Below, piece after piece: positions 27,472 through 35,574 of a DNA stretch of 64,000 nucleotides. The stretch spans positions 19,202 through 83,201 of the forward strand of contig JALGSW010000042.1 of assembly GCA_029821635.1 (NCBI GenBank), given 5' to 3'. A program made the position numbers and the translations under genes. The notes under the pieces were generated by a model. That model ran no database searches. It was not told the DNA's origin and was given only the letters and a program-made list of their open reading frames with translations. The stretch is from Candidatus Zipacnadia bacterium (GTDB taxonomy: Bacteria > Armatimonadota > Zipacnadia > Zipacnadales > UBA5352). Within the stretch, counting starts at the first letter, position 1. Each line of letters begins with the position of its first letter.

Positions 27472-29190
27472 ATGGCTAAGCGAGAGGACGTTGAGCGACC
27501 GGAAAGCGCAGCGCAGCCCCCCATCGACGCCGGAGTGGGTGAGCCCCCCGTCGAGCGGCCCCGGCACCGTGCGCCCGCCATCGAGCTTGTCGCCCTCGCG
27601 GTCTTCATCGCCGCGTCGGTCGGCTTCGCCATCATCACGCTGCCCTTCGGCACGCCCGACGAACCCGGGCACGCCGTCTACGCCGAGGCCCTCTCGCACG
27701 GCAGGCTCCCGACGCCGGAGTTCAGCGGCCGGCCGGCCCCCCCCGAAGCCGCCTACCCATCCCCGCAGGCCCACCATCCGCCGCTTTACTACGCCATCAC
27801 AGGCGGCGTGTGGGCGCTGAGCGGCCGGCAGCCGGGGCTGCTCGCGCAGATCGCCCGCGGAGTGAGTGTCCTCGCCGGGATCGCGGCCCTGCTGCTGCTG
27901 CGCGGGGCGATGCACCGGGCGTTCCCCGACCGTCCGCTCGCGGTGGCGGCGGGCCTCGCGATCGTTGTGAGCTCGACGGGCTTCACCTACGTGATGGGCA
28001 GCTTCAACAGCGATCCGCTGGCGGTGCTCGCCGTCTGCGCGGCGCTGTACCTGGCGGTGAGGGCGCTCGGGTCGGAGCGGCCGACGCGCTGGATGGTGGC
28101 GCTGGGCGCGTGCCTGGGCGTGGGGCTGCTGGCAAAGCTCACGTCGGTGGTGATCGTGGTGCCGATCGCGATCGCTGCTGTCTACGTGGCACGGCGGGAG
28201 GGGCGCGGACCGCTGCGCGCGGCGGGCCTGGCGTTCGCGGCACTTGGTGTGGCGGCGGTCATCTCCGGACCGTGGTTCGTGCGCAATCAGATCGTGCTGG
28301 GCACGCCGACCTTCAACTGCGCGACGCGCCCGGTCTTCGAGTCGGCGTCTCTGCTGCTCCCCAACTGGGACGCGGCGACGCTGCTGACGTTGATCACGCT
28401 CGAGGAGCTGACCATCGCGCCGTGGTGGCCGGACTGGCTGCTGAAGACGCGCGGATCGATCATCGGCGGCCTGGCCTTTCCGGAGAGTGCTGAGGTGGCT
28501 CGGCCTCTCTGGAAGGTGCTGCTGCCGCTCGCGGTCGGCGTGATGGGGCTCGGGGGTGTCGTGCGGACACTGCGCACAGGCGAAGGATGGGGCGCGGACC
28601 CGCGTCGGCGCGCGGTGCTGTGGATGCTGCTCCTGCTGCCGGTCGCGACCACGCTCGGGATACTCCAGCAGATGCTGCTGGTGGACTCAGTCATCATGCG
28701 CTGGACGGGGCGCTACGTGGGCACGATGATTCCGCCGCTTGGGATGGCGCTGGGGTTGGGCTTCGCAACGCTGCTGCCGCGGCGGCTGCGGGCCGCGCTG
28801 CCCGTGCTGGCGCTGATCGTCGCCGTGGCGCTCAACGCACTCGCGCTGGTGGAGGTGCGGCGGTTCTACGAGTCGCCGCCGTCGATCCACAGACCTCGGG
28901 GACTGAGCGCGGCGGCGTCAGCGGTCGGCCGGGCTGAGGTGGCCGTGCACGCGGCGGATGCGCGCGAGGTCGGCGACCATCTGCATGCCGTCAGTGAGGG
29001 CGTTGACCTTCGTGTCGGGCGAGTTCACCCAGCGCACCGGTACCTCGACGACCGTGAGGCCAAGGCGCAGCGCGATGAAGATCAGCTCCGCGTCGAAGGC
29101 CCAGCGTTCGAGCTGCTGGTGGGGGAAGACGGCCTCGACGGCCTCGCGCGTGTACATCTTGAAGCCGCACTGTGTGTCGTGGATGCCTGA
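27472..29190 (+). CDS. GT-C fold membrane glycosyltransferase (ArnT/PMT-like, uses polyprenyl-phospho-sugar donors)
   Basis: ORF 27229..29190 trimmed to MAKREDVERPE (ATG 27472, GGAGG upstream). First periplasmic loop with LPFGTPDEPGHAVYA (DE motif). 10+ TM helices. The last ~90 codons overlap the convergent GT2 gene and have antisense-like composition. Confidence 0.65.
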   Translation: MAKREDVERPESAAQPPIDAGVGEPPVERPRHRAPAIELVALAVFIAASVGFAIITLPFGTPDEPGHAVYAEALSHGRLPTPEFSGRPAPPEAAYPSPQAHHPPLYYAITGGVWALSGRQPGLLAQIARGVSVLAGIAALLLLRGAMHRAFPDRPLAVAAGLAIVVSSTGFTYVMGSFNSDPLAVLAVCAALYLAVRALGSERPTRWMVALGACLGVGLLAKLTSVVIVVPIAIAAVYVARREGRGPLRAAGLAFAALGVAAVISGPWFVRNQIVLGTPTFNCATRPVFESASLLLPNWDAATLLTLITLEELTIAPWWPDWLLKTRGSIIGGLAFPESAEVARPLWKVLLPLAVGVMGLGGVVRTLRTGEGWGADPRRRAVLWMLLLLPVATTLGILQQMLLVDSVIMRWTGRYVGTMIPPLGMALGLGFATLLPRRLRAALPVLALIVAVALNALALVEVRRFYESPPSIHRPRGLSAAASAVGRAEVAVHAADAREVGDHLHAVSEGVDLRVGRVHPAHRYLDDREAKAQRDEDQLRVEGPAFELLVGEDGLDGLARVHLEAALCVVDA

Positions 29191-29664
29191 GCCGAGGATC
29201 GCGCGCTGGACGACTGAGAACATGCGCCCGGCGGTCTGGCGCATGAACGGCTGCGGCACCGCAAGGTCTGAGTCGCGCAGCGCGCGGGAGCCGATGGCGA
29301 TGTCGGCGCCGCGCTCGATCGCCGCGCGCAGGTCCACCACGTGCTCGATCGGCGTGGAGAGATCGGCATCGGAGAACAGGGCGAGGCGGCCGGCCGATTC
29401 GGTCATGCCGCGCCGGACGGAGTAGCCCTTGCCGCGATTCTGCTCGTTGACGAGCACGCGTCCGGGGACCGGCGAACCCTCGATGATCTCCCGAGCAAGC
29501 TCCGGGGTGGCGTCGGAGCTGCCGTCATCCACGACGATGACTTCAGTCGGCCACGGCTGCTCGCCGAGGTACTCCGCCACGCGATCAAGCGTCGGGCCCA
29601 GGCGCTGCTCCTCATTGTATGCCGGGATGATGACGGACAGCTCGACCGTTTGCGACTCAGTCAT
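28918..29664 (-). CDS. GT2 polyprenol-phosphate sugar synthase (DPM1/GtrB/ArnC-like)
   Basis: ORF 28918..29742 trimmed to MTESQTVELSVIIPAYNEE. DxD region VVDDGSSD. DPM1-type catalytic core. Confidence 0.8.
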   Translation of the reverse strand: MTESQTVELSVIIPAYNEEQRLGPTLDRVAEYLGEQPWPTEVIVVDDGSSDATPELAREIIEGSPVPGRVLVNEQNRGKGYSVRRGMTESAGRLALFSDADLSTPIEHVVDLRAAIERGADIAIGSRALRDSDLAVPQPFMRQTAGRMFSVVQRAILGSGIHDTQCGFKMYTREAVEAVFPHQQLERWAFDAELIFIALRLGLTVVEVPVRWVNSPDTKVNALTDGMQMVADLARIRRVHGHLSPADR

Positions 29665-29811
29665 GACGGCGCTCTCTTCCCTCCGCGGGCGGTGGCAGCA
29701 TAGCGGATAGCTCTTCGACTGTGGCTGGTGCTTTTCCTTCATCCGCGGGAGGTCGGGTCGGCAGCGTCGTCGAAGTCACGATATAGCGACGGCGCAGGCG
29801 GAGGTGGAGTG

Positions 29812-30471
29812 ATGGTCAAGTCGGCCGAATGGCTCTCCGGGGGCTGGGCGCTCGTCAAGCCCTACCTCGGCACGTACATCCTCATTGCGCTGGTGGCGGG
29901 GCTGCTGTCCACGCTGACGGTGGGCATCCTGGCGGGTCCGCTCGCCTGCGGCTGGCTGATGATCCTCCTGCGGCAGAAGCGGGATCCGTCCTACGAGCCG
30001 CAGTTCGGCGACCTGTGGAAGGGCTTCGAGGTCTTCGGGCAGTCGTTCCTCGCCTGGCTGGTGATCGCGATCGTGGGGGCGATCGGCGGGGGATTGGTGA
30101 GCGTCCTCGTGTCGGTCATCGAGGCGGTGCCGGTCGTCGGGCAGTTGCTTGCGCCGATGACCGGGGCGGTCCTGGGCGTGTGCATGCTGGTGGTCTTCCT
30201 CTACGTGTTCCCGCTGATCGCCGACCGGCGGATGGACTTCTGGGCCGCGATCCAGCTCAGCGCGGAGACCACCGCGCCGGAGTTCCTGCCCTTCGCGGGC
30301 TTCGGCCTGATCCTCTACCTGCTCAACGCGGTCGGCGCGGCCCTGTGCGGCGTCGGCGCGCTGATCACCGGCCCGATCGTGATGGCCGGCGTGCTCGCGT
30401 CCTACGAGGACGTGCTCTCCGGTGCGGCAGCGCCTGTCGCGGACTCGCCAGAGACTCCAGGCCCGCAGTAA
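29812..30471 (+). CDS. small polytopic membrane protein (4-5 TM), function unknown
   Basis: ORF 29728..30471 trimmed to MVKSAEWLSGGWALV (GGAGGTGGAG RBS). Conserved KDPSY(E/T)P…G(D/V)…KGFE motif shared with the next gene. Confidence 0.55.
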   Translation: MVKSAEWLSGGWALVKPYLGTYILIALVAGLLSTLTVGILAGPLACGWLMILLRQKRDPSYEPQFGDLWKGFEVFGQSFLAWLVIAIVGAIGGGLVSVLVSVIEAVPVVGQLLAPMTGAVLGVCMLVVFLYVFPLIADRRMDFWAAIQLSAETTAPEFLPFAGFGLILYLLNAVGAALCGVGALITGPIVMAGVLASYEDVLSGAAAPVADSPETPGPQ

Positions 30472-30559
30472 CGCGTGCGCAGAGACCGGAGAACCGCATT
30501 TCTTTGACGCGGGGGATACCATCCACACGCGCCCCAAGAATGTCGGGAGAGGAAGCAAT

Positions 30560-31201
30560 ATGGGTAACGTGAAGATCGGCGAGTGGCTCTCTGAAGCATG
30601 GACGATCGTCTCCCAGGACCTTGTCACGCATATCCTGCTGGCCTTGATCGTAGGGCTCGGCTCCGGCCTCACCGGTGGGCTGCTGTCTGGGCCGCTGATG
30701 GGTGGCTATCTGTGGATCATCTTCAAGAAGATGAAGGACCCCTCCTACACCCCCGCCGTCGGCGACGTCGGCAAGGGCTTTGAGAACTTCGTGCAGCTTT
30801 TCCTGGTCGCGATCGTGGGTGGCATCATCGCGAGCCTGGGCGTCATCGGCTGCGTCGTAGGCGTGTTCTTCACCAGCGCGCTCGTCGTGCTGGCGCTGCC
30901 GCTCGTGGTTGAGCGCGGCATGGCGTTCTGGCCCGCGATCACTGAGAGCATGAGCAGGACGAAGCAGAGCATGATGGGCTGGGTCGTCTTCGTGCTCGTG
31001 GTTGGCCTGCTCAACGCACTGGGCAGCGCGGTCGCGGTCGGTTTCCTCATCACGCTGCCGATCGGGATCACGGCCCTCGCCATCGGCTACCGCGAGACCG
31101 TGGGCCTCTCCGGCGCCGCGCCGGCGGCGGCCGCTCCGGCGGCCCCGCAGGCCCCCATCGCGCCTCCCGGCCCCGGCACGGAGGGCGGCACGACGCAGTA
31201 A
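30560..31201 (+). CDS. small polytopic membrane protein, tandem paralog of 29812..30471
   Basis: ORF 30422..31201 trimmed to MGNVKIGEWLSEAW (GGGAGAGGAAG RBS). Alignable with the preceding gene over the whole length. Ala/Pro-rich tail. Confidence 0.55.
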   Translation: MGNVKIGEWLSEAWTIVSQDLVTHILLALIVGLGSGLTGGLLSGPLMGGYLWIIFKKMKDPSYTPAVGDVGKGFENFVQLFLVAIVGGIIASLGVIGCVVGVFFTSALVVLALPLVVERGMAFWPAITESMSRTKQSMMGWVVFVLVVGLLNALGSAVAVGFLITLPIGITALAIGYRETVGLSGAAPAAAAPAAPQAPIAPPGPGTEGGTTQ

Positions 31202-31210
31202 CGGCAAGGG

Positions 31211-33073
31211 ATGCGCATGAAGCTTGTACTGAGCGCCGACAATCAGCCGGCGGCGAGCGTGGTCATCGAGGCCGACTCGCCGCCGGCCGTTTCTTTCGCC
31301 GCGAGTGAGTTGAGTCGCTACCTCGCGATCCTCACCGGCGGGCGGTTCCCTGTGTGTGAGGGGGAGGCGGCGGAGGGGGCGGTGATACGGCTGGGCACGG
31401 CGCCTCACCCCCCCGGCCTCCCTCTCCCTGGCGTCGCAGACGACGCGACGCAAGCGGGAGAGGGGGGAGAACGGCAGACGGGCTGGAAGCCCGTCCTACA
31501 AACGACAAACGGCACGACGCTGGCGCGTGGTTCGTACGCGTGGCGGGTGCATGAGGGTGGGGTGGAGGTCGTCGGGGAGCGGCCGGGGGCGGTGCTGCAC
31601 GCGGTCTACGCGCTGCTTGAGACGATCGGCTGCCGGTGGCTGCACCCGCGCGATGGCGGGGAGATCGTGCCGCGCATCCCGCGCATCGAGCTGGCTCTCG
31701 GCGAACACGCCGCGCAGCCCGAGCTGGCCCACCGCGAGCTGACGAACCTCCACTCGATCGACCGCGAGTACCCCCTGCACATCGACTGGATGGCGAAGAA
31801 CCGCCTCAACCGCTTCATGGCGTTCCTCAACGTGGAGGGCTCGCAGGAGGCGTTCGCGGAGTTCATCGAGCCCGAGCTGGCCGCGCGTGACATGGACGCG
31901 ACCCTCGGCCATCACAGCTTCCGCTTCCTGCTGCCACCCGAGCAGCACTTCGCCGACCATCCGGAGTGGTACGCGCTCATCGACGGGGAGCGCAGCCCCG
32001 ACGGGCAGCTCTGCACGTCGAACCCGGAGGTCGCCGAGCGGGCTGCCGAGCGCATCTGCGAGCTGTTCGACGCCCACCCGACCGTGGAGATGTTCGGCCT
32101 GTGGCCCAATGACGGCTTCCGCTGGTGCGAGTGCGACGAGTGCGCGAAGCTCGAGCCGCAGATGCCCTCGCGCTTGCGCTCCGACGCCCCGCGGCGCACC
32201 GACACCTACCGGCTCTTCGTGAACGCAGTTGCCGAGCGCGTCGCGCGGGCGCACCCCGACCGGCGCATCGGCGCGCTGGCCTACGTCAACTACGCCGACG
32301 CGCCCGAGGCGGTGCGGCCCGCGGACAACGTGGCGGTGTGCTTCGCGCCCTTCCTCCGCTGCCTCAAGCACCCGCTCCGCCCGGACGTGGAGTGCGAGCG
32401 GCTCAACGCCGCGTACGCGCGGGAGTTCGAGCGCTGGCGCGGGATGGTCGCGGGCGACCTCTACCTCTTCAGCTACCTCTCGCAGATACACACGCTCTCG
32501 CTGCCCTACCCGATCCACACGATGCTGCCGGCGAACTGGCAGTGGCTGATTGACGCGGGCTGCGACGGCTTCGTGATGGAGTTCGTGCCCGAGGAGTGGG
32601 GCGCGTTCGGCGCGAATCTCGAGCTGATCGCACGGCTCGCGTGGGAGCCCGACACCGACGCGCAGGCGTGGCTGGGGGAGCGTGACGAGCTGATCTACGG
32701 CCCGGCGGCGGCGGTGATGGGCGACTACCGGCGGGAGCTGGCTGAGGTCATGATCGCGGGCGGCGGCTGCACCGGGCACTACGACGTGACGTGGACGCGC
32801 GGAGCCGACGAGCGAACGCTGCGGGCAGCGCTGGACGCGCTCGGGAAGGCCCGGGCGCTCGCAGCCACCGGTGAGAAGCGGCACTGGCAGGCGGCGGAGC
32901 AGGCGTGGGTAGGGCTGGAGCTGCTGATGCGCGCGGGCGAGTGGCAGCGCCTGCTGCGCGACGGCCTGCAGGACCGCGCGGACGAGGCGCTGGAGCGCAT
33001 GGTGGCGTTCGCGTCGGAGCAGGCGGACAGCGGCGCGGTGGACGCGGCGAGGTATGAGCGGTTGCTCAGCTAG
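31211..33073 (+). CDS. DUF4838 domain protein (glycoside-hydrolase-like, GH20/GH67-type N-domain)
   Basis: N-terminal pattern of DUF4838 proteins (…ASELSRYLAILTG…, …LHAVYALLETIGCRWLHP). Contains an in-frame ~43-codon insertion made of palindromic repeat families E+B at 31392-31520. Confidence 0.65.
   Translation: MRMKLVLSADNQPAASVVIEADSPPAVSFAASELSRYLAILTGGRFPVCEGEAAEGAVIRLGTAPHPPGLPLPGVADDATQAGEGGERQTGWKPVLQTTNGTTLARGSYAWRVHEGGVEVVGERPGAVLHAVYALLETIGCRWLHPRDGGEIVPRIPRIELALGEHAAQPELAHRELTNLHSIDREYPLHIDWMAKNRLNRFMAFLNVEGSQEAFAEFIEPELAARDMDATLGHHSFRFLLPPEQHFADHPEWYALIDGERSPDGQLCTSNPEVAERAAERICELFDAHPTVEMFGLWPNDGFRWCECDECAKLEPQMPSRLRSDAPRRTDTYRLFVNAVAERVARAHPDRRIGALAYVNYADAPEAVRPADNVAVCFAPFLRCLKHPLRPDVECERLNAAYAREFERWRGMVAGDLYLFSYLSQIHTLSLPYPIHTMLPANWQWLIDAGCDGFVMEFVPEEWGAFGANLELIARLAWEPDTDAQAWLGERDELIYGPAAAVMGDYRRELAEVMIAGGGCTGHYDVTWTRGADERTLRAALDALGKARALAATGEKRHWQAAEQAWVGLELLMRAGEWQRLLRDGLQDRADEALERMVAFASEQADSGAVDAARYERLLS
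31478..31520. repeat. family B element inside the DUF4838 CDS (in frame), with AACGAC/AACGGC tail
   Basis: gacgggctggaagcccgtcctacaaacgacaaacggcacgacg. Confidence 0.8.
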
Positions 33074-33094
33074 CCGACGCAGGAGGGGGCGGCG

Positions 33095-33739
33095 ATGCAG
33101 GCGCGACAGGCGGTCGCAGTGGCGGCAGTGCTCACGTGCGCCCTGATCGGGGGCTGCGCGCCCGGGCCTCTGCACCAGCCTGCGTGCAACGGTGACTTCA
33201 TCACGATCGAGCGGCGCCTCGCGCGCGGCGCGGACCCAGACGCAGTGGACGAACACGGGCGCACCGCGCTGCATTACGCCGCCATGCTCGGGCACCTGCA
33301 CACCGCCTCGGTGCTGCTCTCGGGCGGCGCCGATCCCGACACCCGTGACAGCAATGGGCGTACGCCGCTGCTCATCGCGATCAGCACCGGTCAGCACGAC
33401 CTGGCCGAGCTGCTGGTCGTGCGCGGGGCGGACGTGACGCTGCCCCTGCGTCGCGAGATAGCCGCGCCCGACGGTTCGGGCCCGCCGACGATCGAGGTGG
33501 GTGAGACGCCGCTGCAGCGCACCTGCGAGCGAGGCGACGACGTACTCGCGAGGCTGCTCCTCGAAGCAGGCGCGGACGTGAACGCGTCTGCTGGGGACGG
33601 CGACACTCCGCTGGCGCTGGCGATGGACTCGGGCAACACCGAGCTGGTCCGGGTGCTGCTGGAGGCGGGGGCCCTCGCGAGCCGCCCGGACGCACGGGGT
33701 GAAACGGCGGCTTCGGACGTGCAACCGAAGGGAGACTGA
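33095..33739 (+). CDS. ankyrin-repeat lipoprotein
   Basis: Signal peptide + lipobox (LIGGC). At least four ANK repeats (GRTALHYAAMLGH, GRTPLLIAISTGQ, ETPLQRTCERGD, DTPLALAMDSGN). Confidence 0.8.
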   Translation: MQARQAVAVAAVLTCALIGGCAPGPLHQPACNGDFITIERRLARGADPDAVDEHGRTALHYAAMLGHLHTASVLLSGGADPDTRDSNGRTPLLIAISTGQHDLAELLVVRGADVTLPLRREIAAPDGSGPPTIEVGETPLQRTCERGDDVLARLLLEAGADVNASAGDGDTPLALAMDSGNTELVRVLLEAGALASRPDARGETAASDVQPKGD

Positions 33740-33745
33740 GACGCG

Positions 33746-35533
33746 GTGGTGGAACTGACCGGACTGACGACGATGCTGCTGCTGGCACTCGCGCTGGCGC
33801 CGACCGGCCTCGCGGACGAGCTGGAGCCGCGCTGGGGCTGGCGGCTGGATGAGGCCGCCGATGGGCGCTGCGAGCCAGTGGTGGGGGAGATCGCGCTGGC
33901 GATCGAGGGCGCGGATGGCGTTGCGACGGGCGAGGGCCTCGGGACGATCGTCGCGGGCAGCATCGAGTGCCTCGTGCGGCCGCTTGCGGGCGGACGGGTG
34001 GAGCTGATCTCCTTCGCCGACGAGGGCGCACCCGCGGGCGAGTGGTCAGGGCTGGCGCTGGACGAGGAGATGCGGCCGGTCTTCCGCGTGTATCACTACC
34101 CCGAGGCGGGCGAGGCCCGCGCGGACGAGCCGCTGGAGGTCGGGCGCGAGCATCACCTCGCGGCGACGTGGGGCGCGGACGGCCTGCGACTCTACGTGAA
34201 CGGCGTCCTGCGCGCGCACTCCGAGGAGCGCAAGGCGCTGCACGCGATGGAGGGCATCACGCTCGGCGGCGGCGAGGGCCGCGCGGCCATCGAGCAGCTC
34301 GCGATCTTCACGCGACCGCTCTCCGACGCGGCGATCGCCGAGCACGTGCGTGAGCCGCGGCCGTTGCAGGCGCCCGCGATCGGTGGCGACGGTCCGGCGC
34401 AACTGAGCGTGGCTGACTTCGCGTCGGCGGCGTCGATGACCGGCGGCATCCAGGAGGCCGTGGACGCGCTGCCCGCAGGCGGCGGTGAGGTCTACGTGCC
34501 GCCCGGCCGCTACGTGCTGAAGTGTGCGGTGCATCTGCGCAGCAACGTGACGCTGCGCGGGGCAGGGCCGAGCACGCTGCTGGTGCGGCCGGCGGATGCG
34601 CACTCGCTCGCGACCGCGACGGTGGCGGTCGGCGACCGGAGCATCGCGGTCGAGGACGCGTCGGGCTTCGAGGTTGGCGCGGAGGTCGCGTTCCACGGGA
34701 AGCAGACCGGGTGGTTCGCCACGCAGGCGCTCATCACCGCGATCGACGGCAACCGCGTGACCCTCGACCGGGGCGTTGGCAAGGGCTTCACGCCGGAGGA
34801 GGGCGCGGCGCTTGGCAACCTCTACCCGATGGTGACTGCCGAGCACGCGCGCGCGGTGACGATCCGCGACCTGGCGATCGACGAGCGCCCCGGCGCCCGT
34901 CAGGGCCATCCGAACGAGGGCCCGGCGTCCTTCACGTGGGAGGCGATCCACCTCTACAACTGCCGCGACAGCCGCATCGAGGCCTGTCAGGTGCGCAATC
35001 ACATCTCCGACGGGATCGGCGTTCAGGGCGGGCGCGGGGTGACGGTCACCGGCTGCGTGGTGGAGAACTGCCGCGGCCACGGGCTGCATCCGGGCGTCTA
35101 CGTGCGCGAGAGCACGTGGACGGGGAATGCCTCGCGCGGCAACGCGGGCGACGGGCTCTACTTCTGCGTGGCGGTGCGCGACAGCATCGTGAGCGGCAAC
35201 GTCTGCGTGGACAACGCAGGCCACGGGATCGGCGGGCTGGGCGCGGGGCAGATCGGCGACAAGTACAACGTGGTCTCGGCGAACGTCTGCGCGCGCAACG
35301 GCCGGGCGGGGATCGAAGCGATCCTCGGCGGCGACAACGTCATCAGCGGCAACATCTGCCGGGACAACTCCCAGTCCGAGCCGGGCCGCTGGCCGGGCAT
35401 CCTGCTCGACCGCACCACGGACACGATCGTCACCGGCAACCTGTGCCTCGACACGCAGCCCGAGCCGACACAGACGCAGGCGGTCGTCGAGACGGATGGG
35501 TGCGAGCGGAACACGGTCGGCGGGAACGGGTAA
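33746..35533 (+). CDS. secreted protein: LamG/ConA-like lectin domain followed by right-handed parallel beta-helix (pectate-lyase fold)
   Basis: Signal peptide. N-terminal jelly-roll-like segment. C-terminal series of NxxGxG/beta-helix repeats (GNVCVDNAGHGIG, SANVCARNGRAGI, GNICRDNSQ). The track start is a GTG; an ATG lies 27 nt downstream. Confidence 0.7.
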   Translation: MVELTGLTTMLLLALALAPTGLADELEPRWGWRLDEAADGRCEPVVGEIALAIEGADGVATGEGLGTIVAGSIECLVRPLAGGRVELISFADEGAPAGEWSGLALDEEMRPVFRVYHYPEAGEARADEPLEVGREHHLAATWGADGLRLYVNGVLRAHSEERKALHAMEGITLGGGEGRAAIEQLAIFTRPLSDAAIAEHVREPRPLQAPAIGGDGPAQLSVADFASAASMTGGIQEAVDALPAGGGEVYVPPGRYVLKCAVHLRSNVTLRGAGPSTLLVRPADAHSLATATVAVGDRSIAVEDASGFEVGAEVAFHGKQTGWFATQALITAIDGNRVTLDRGVGKGFTPEEGAALGNLYPMVTAEHARAVTIRDLAIDERPGARQGHPNEGPASFTWEAIHLYNCRDSRIEACQVRNHISDGIGVQGGRGVTVTGCVVENCRGHGLHPGVYVRESTWTGNASRGNAGDGLYFCVAVRDSIVSGNVCVDNAGHGIGGLGAGQIGDKYNVVSANVCARNGRAGIEAILGGDNVISGNICRDNSQSEPGRWPGILLDRTTDTIVTGNLCLDTQPEPTQTQAVVETDGCERNTVGGNG

Positions 35534-35574
35534 GCGGCAGCCTCGCCGTGGTGCGGACGCCTCCGTCCGCACAG

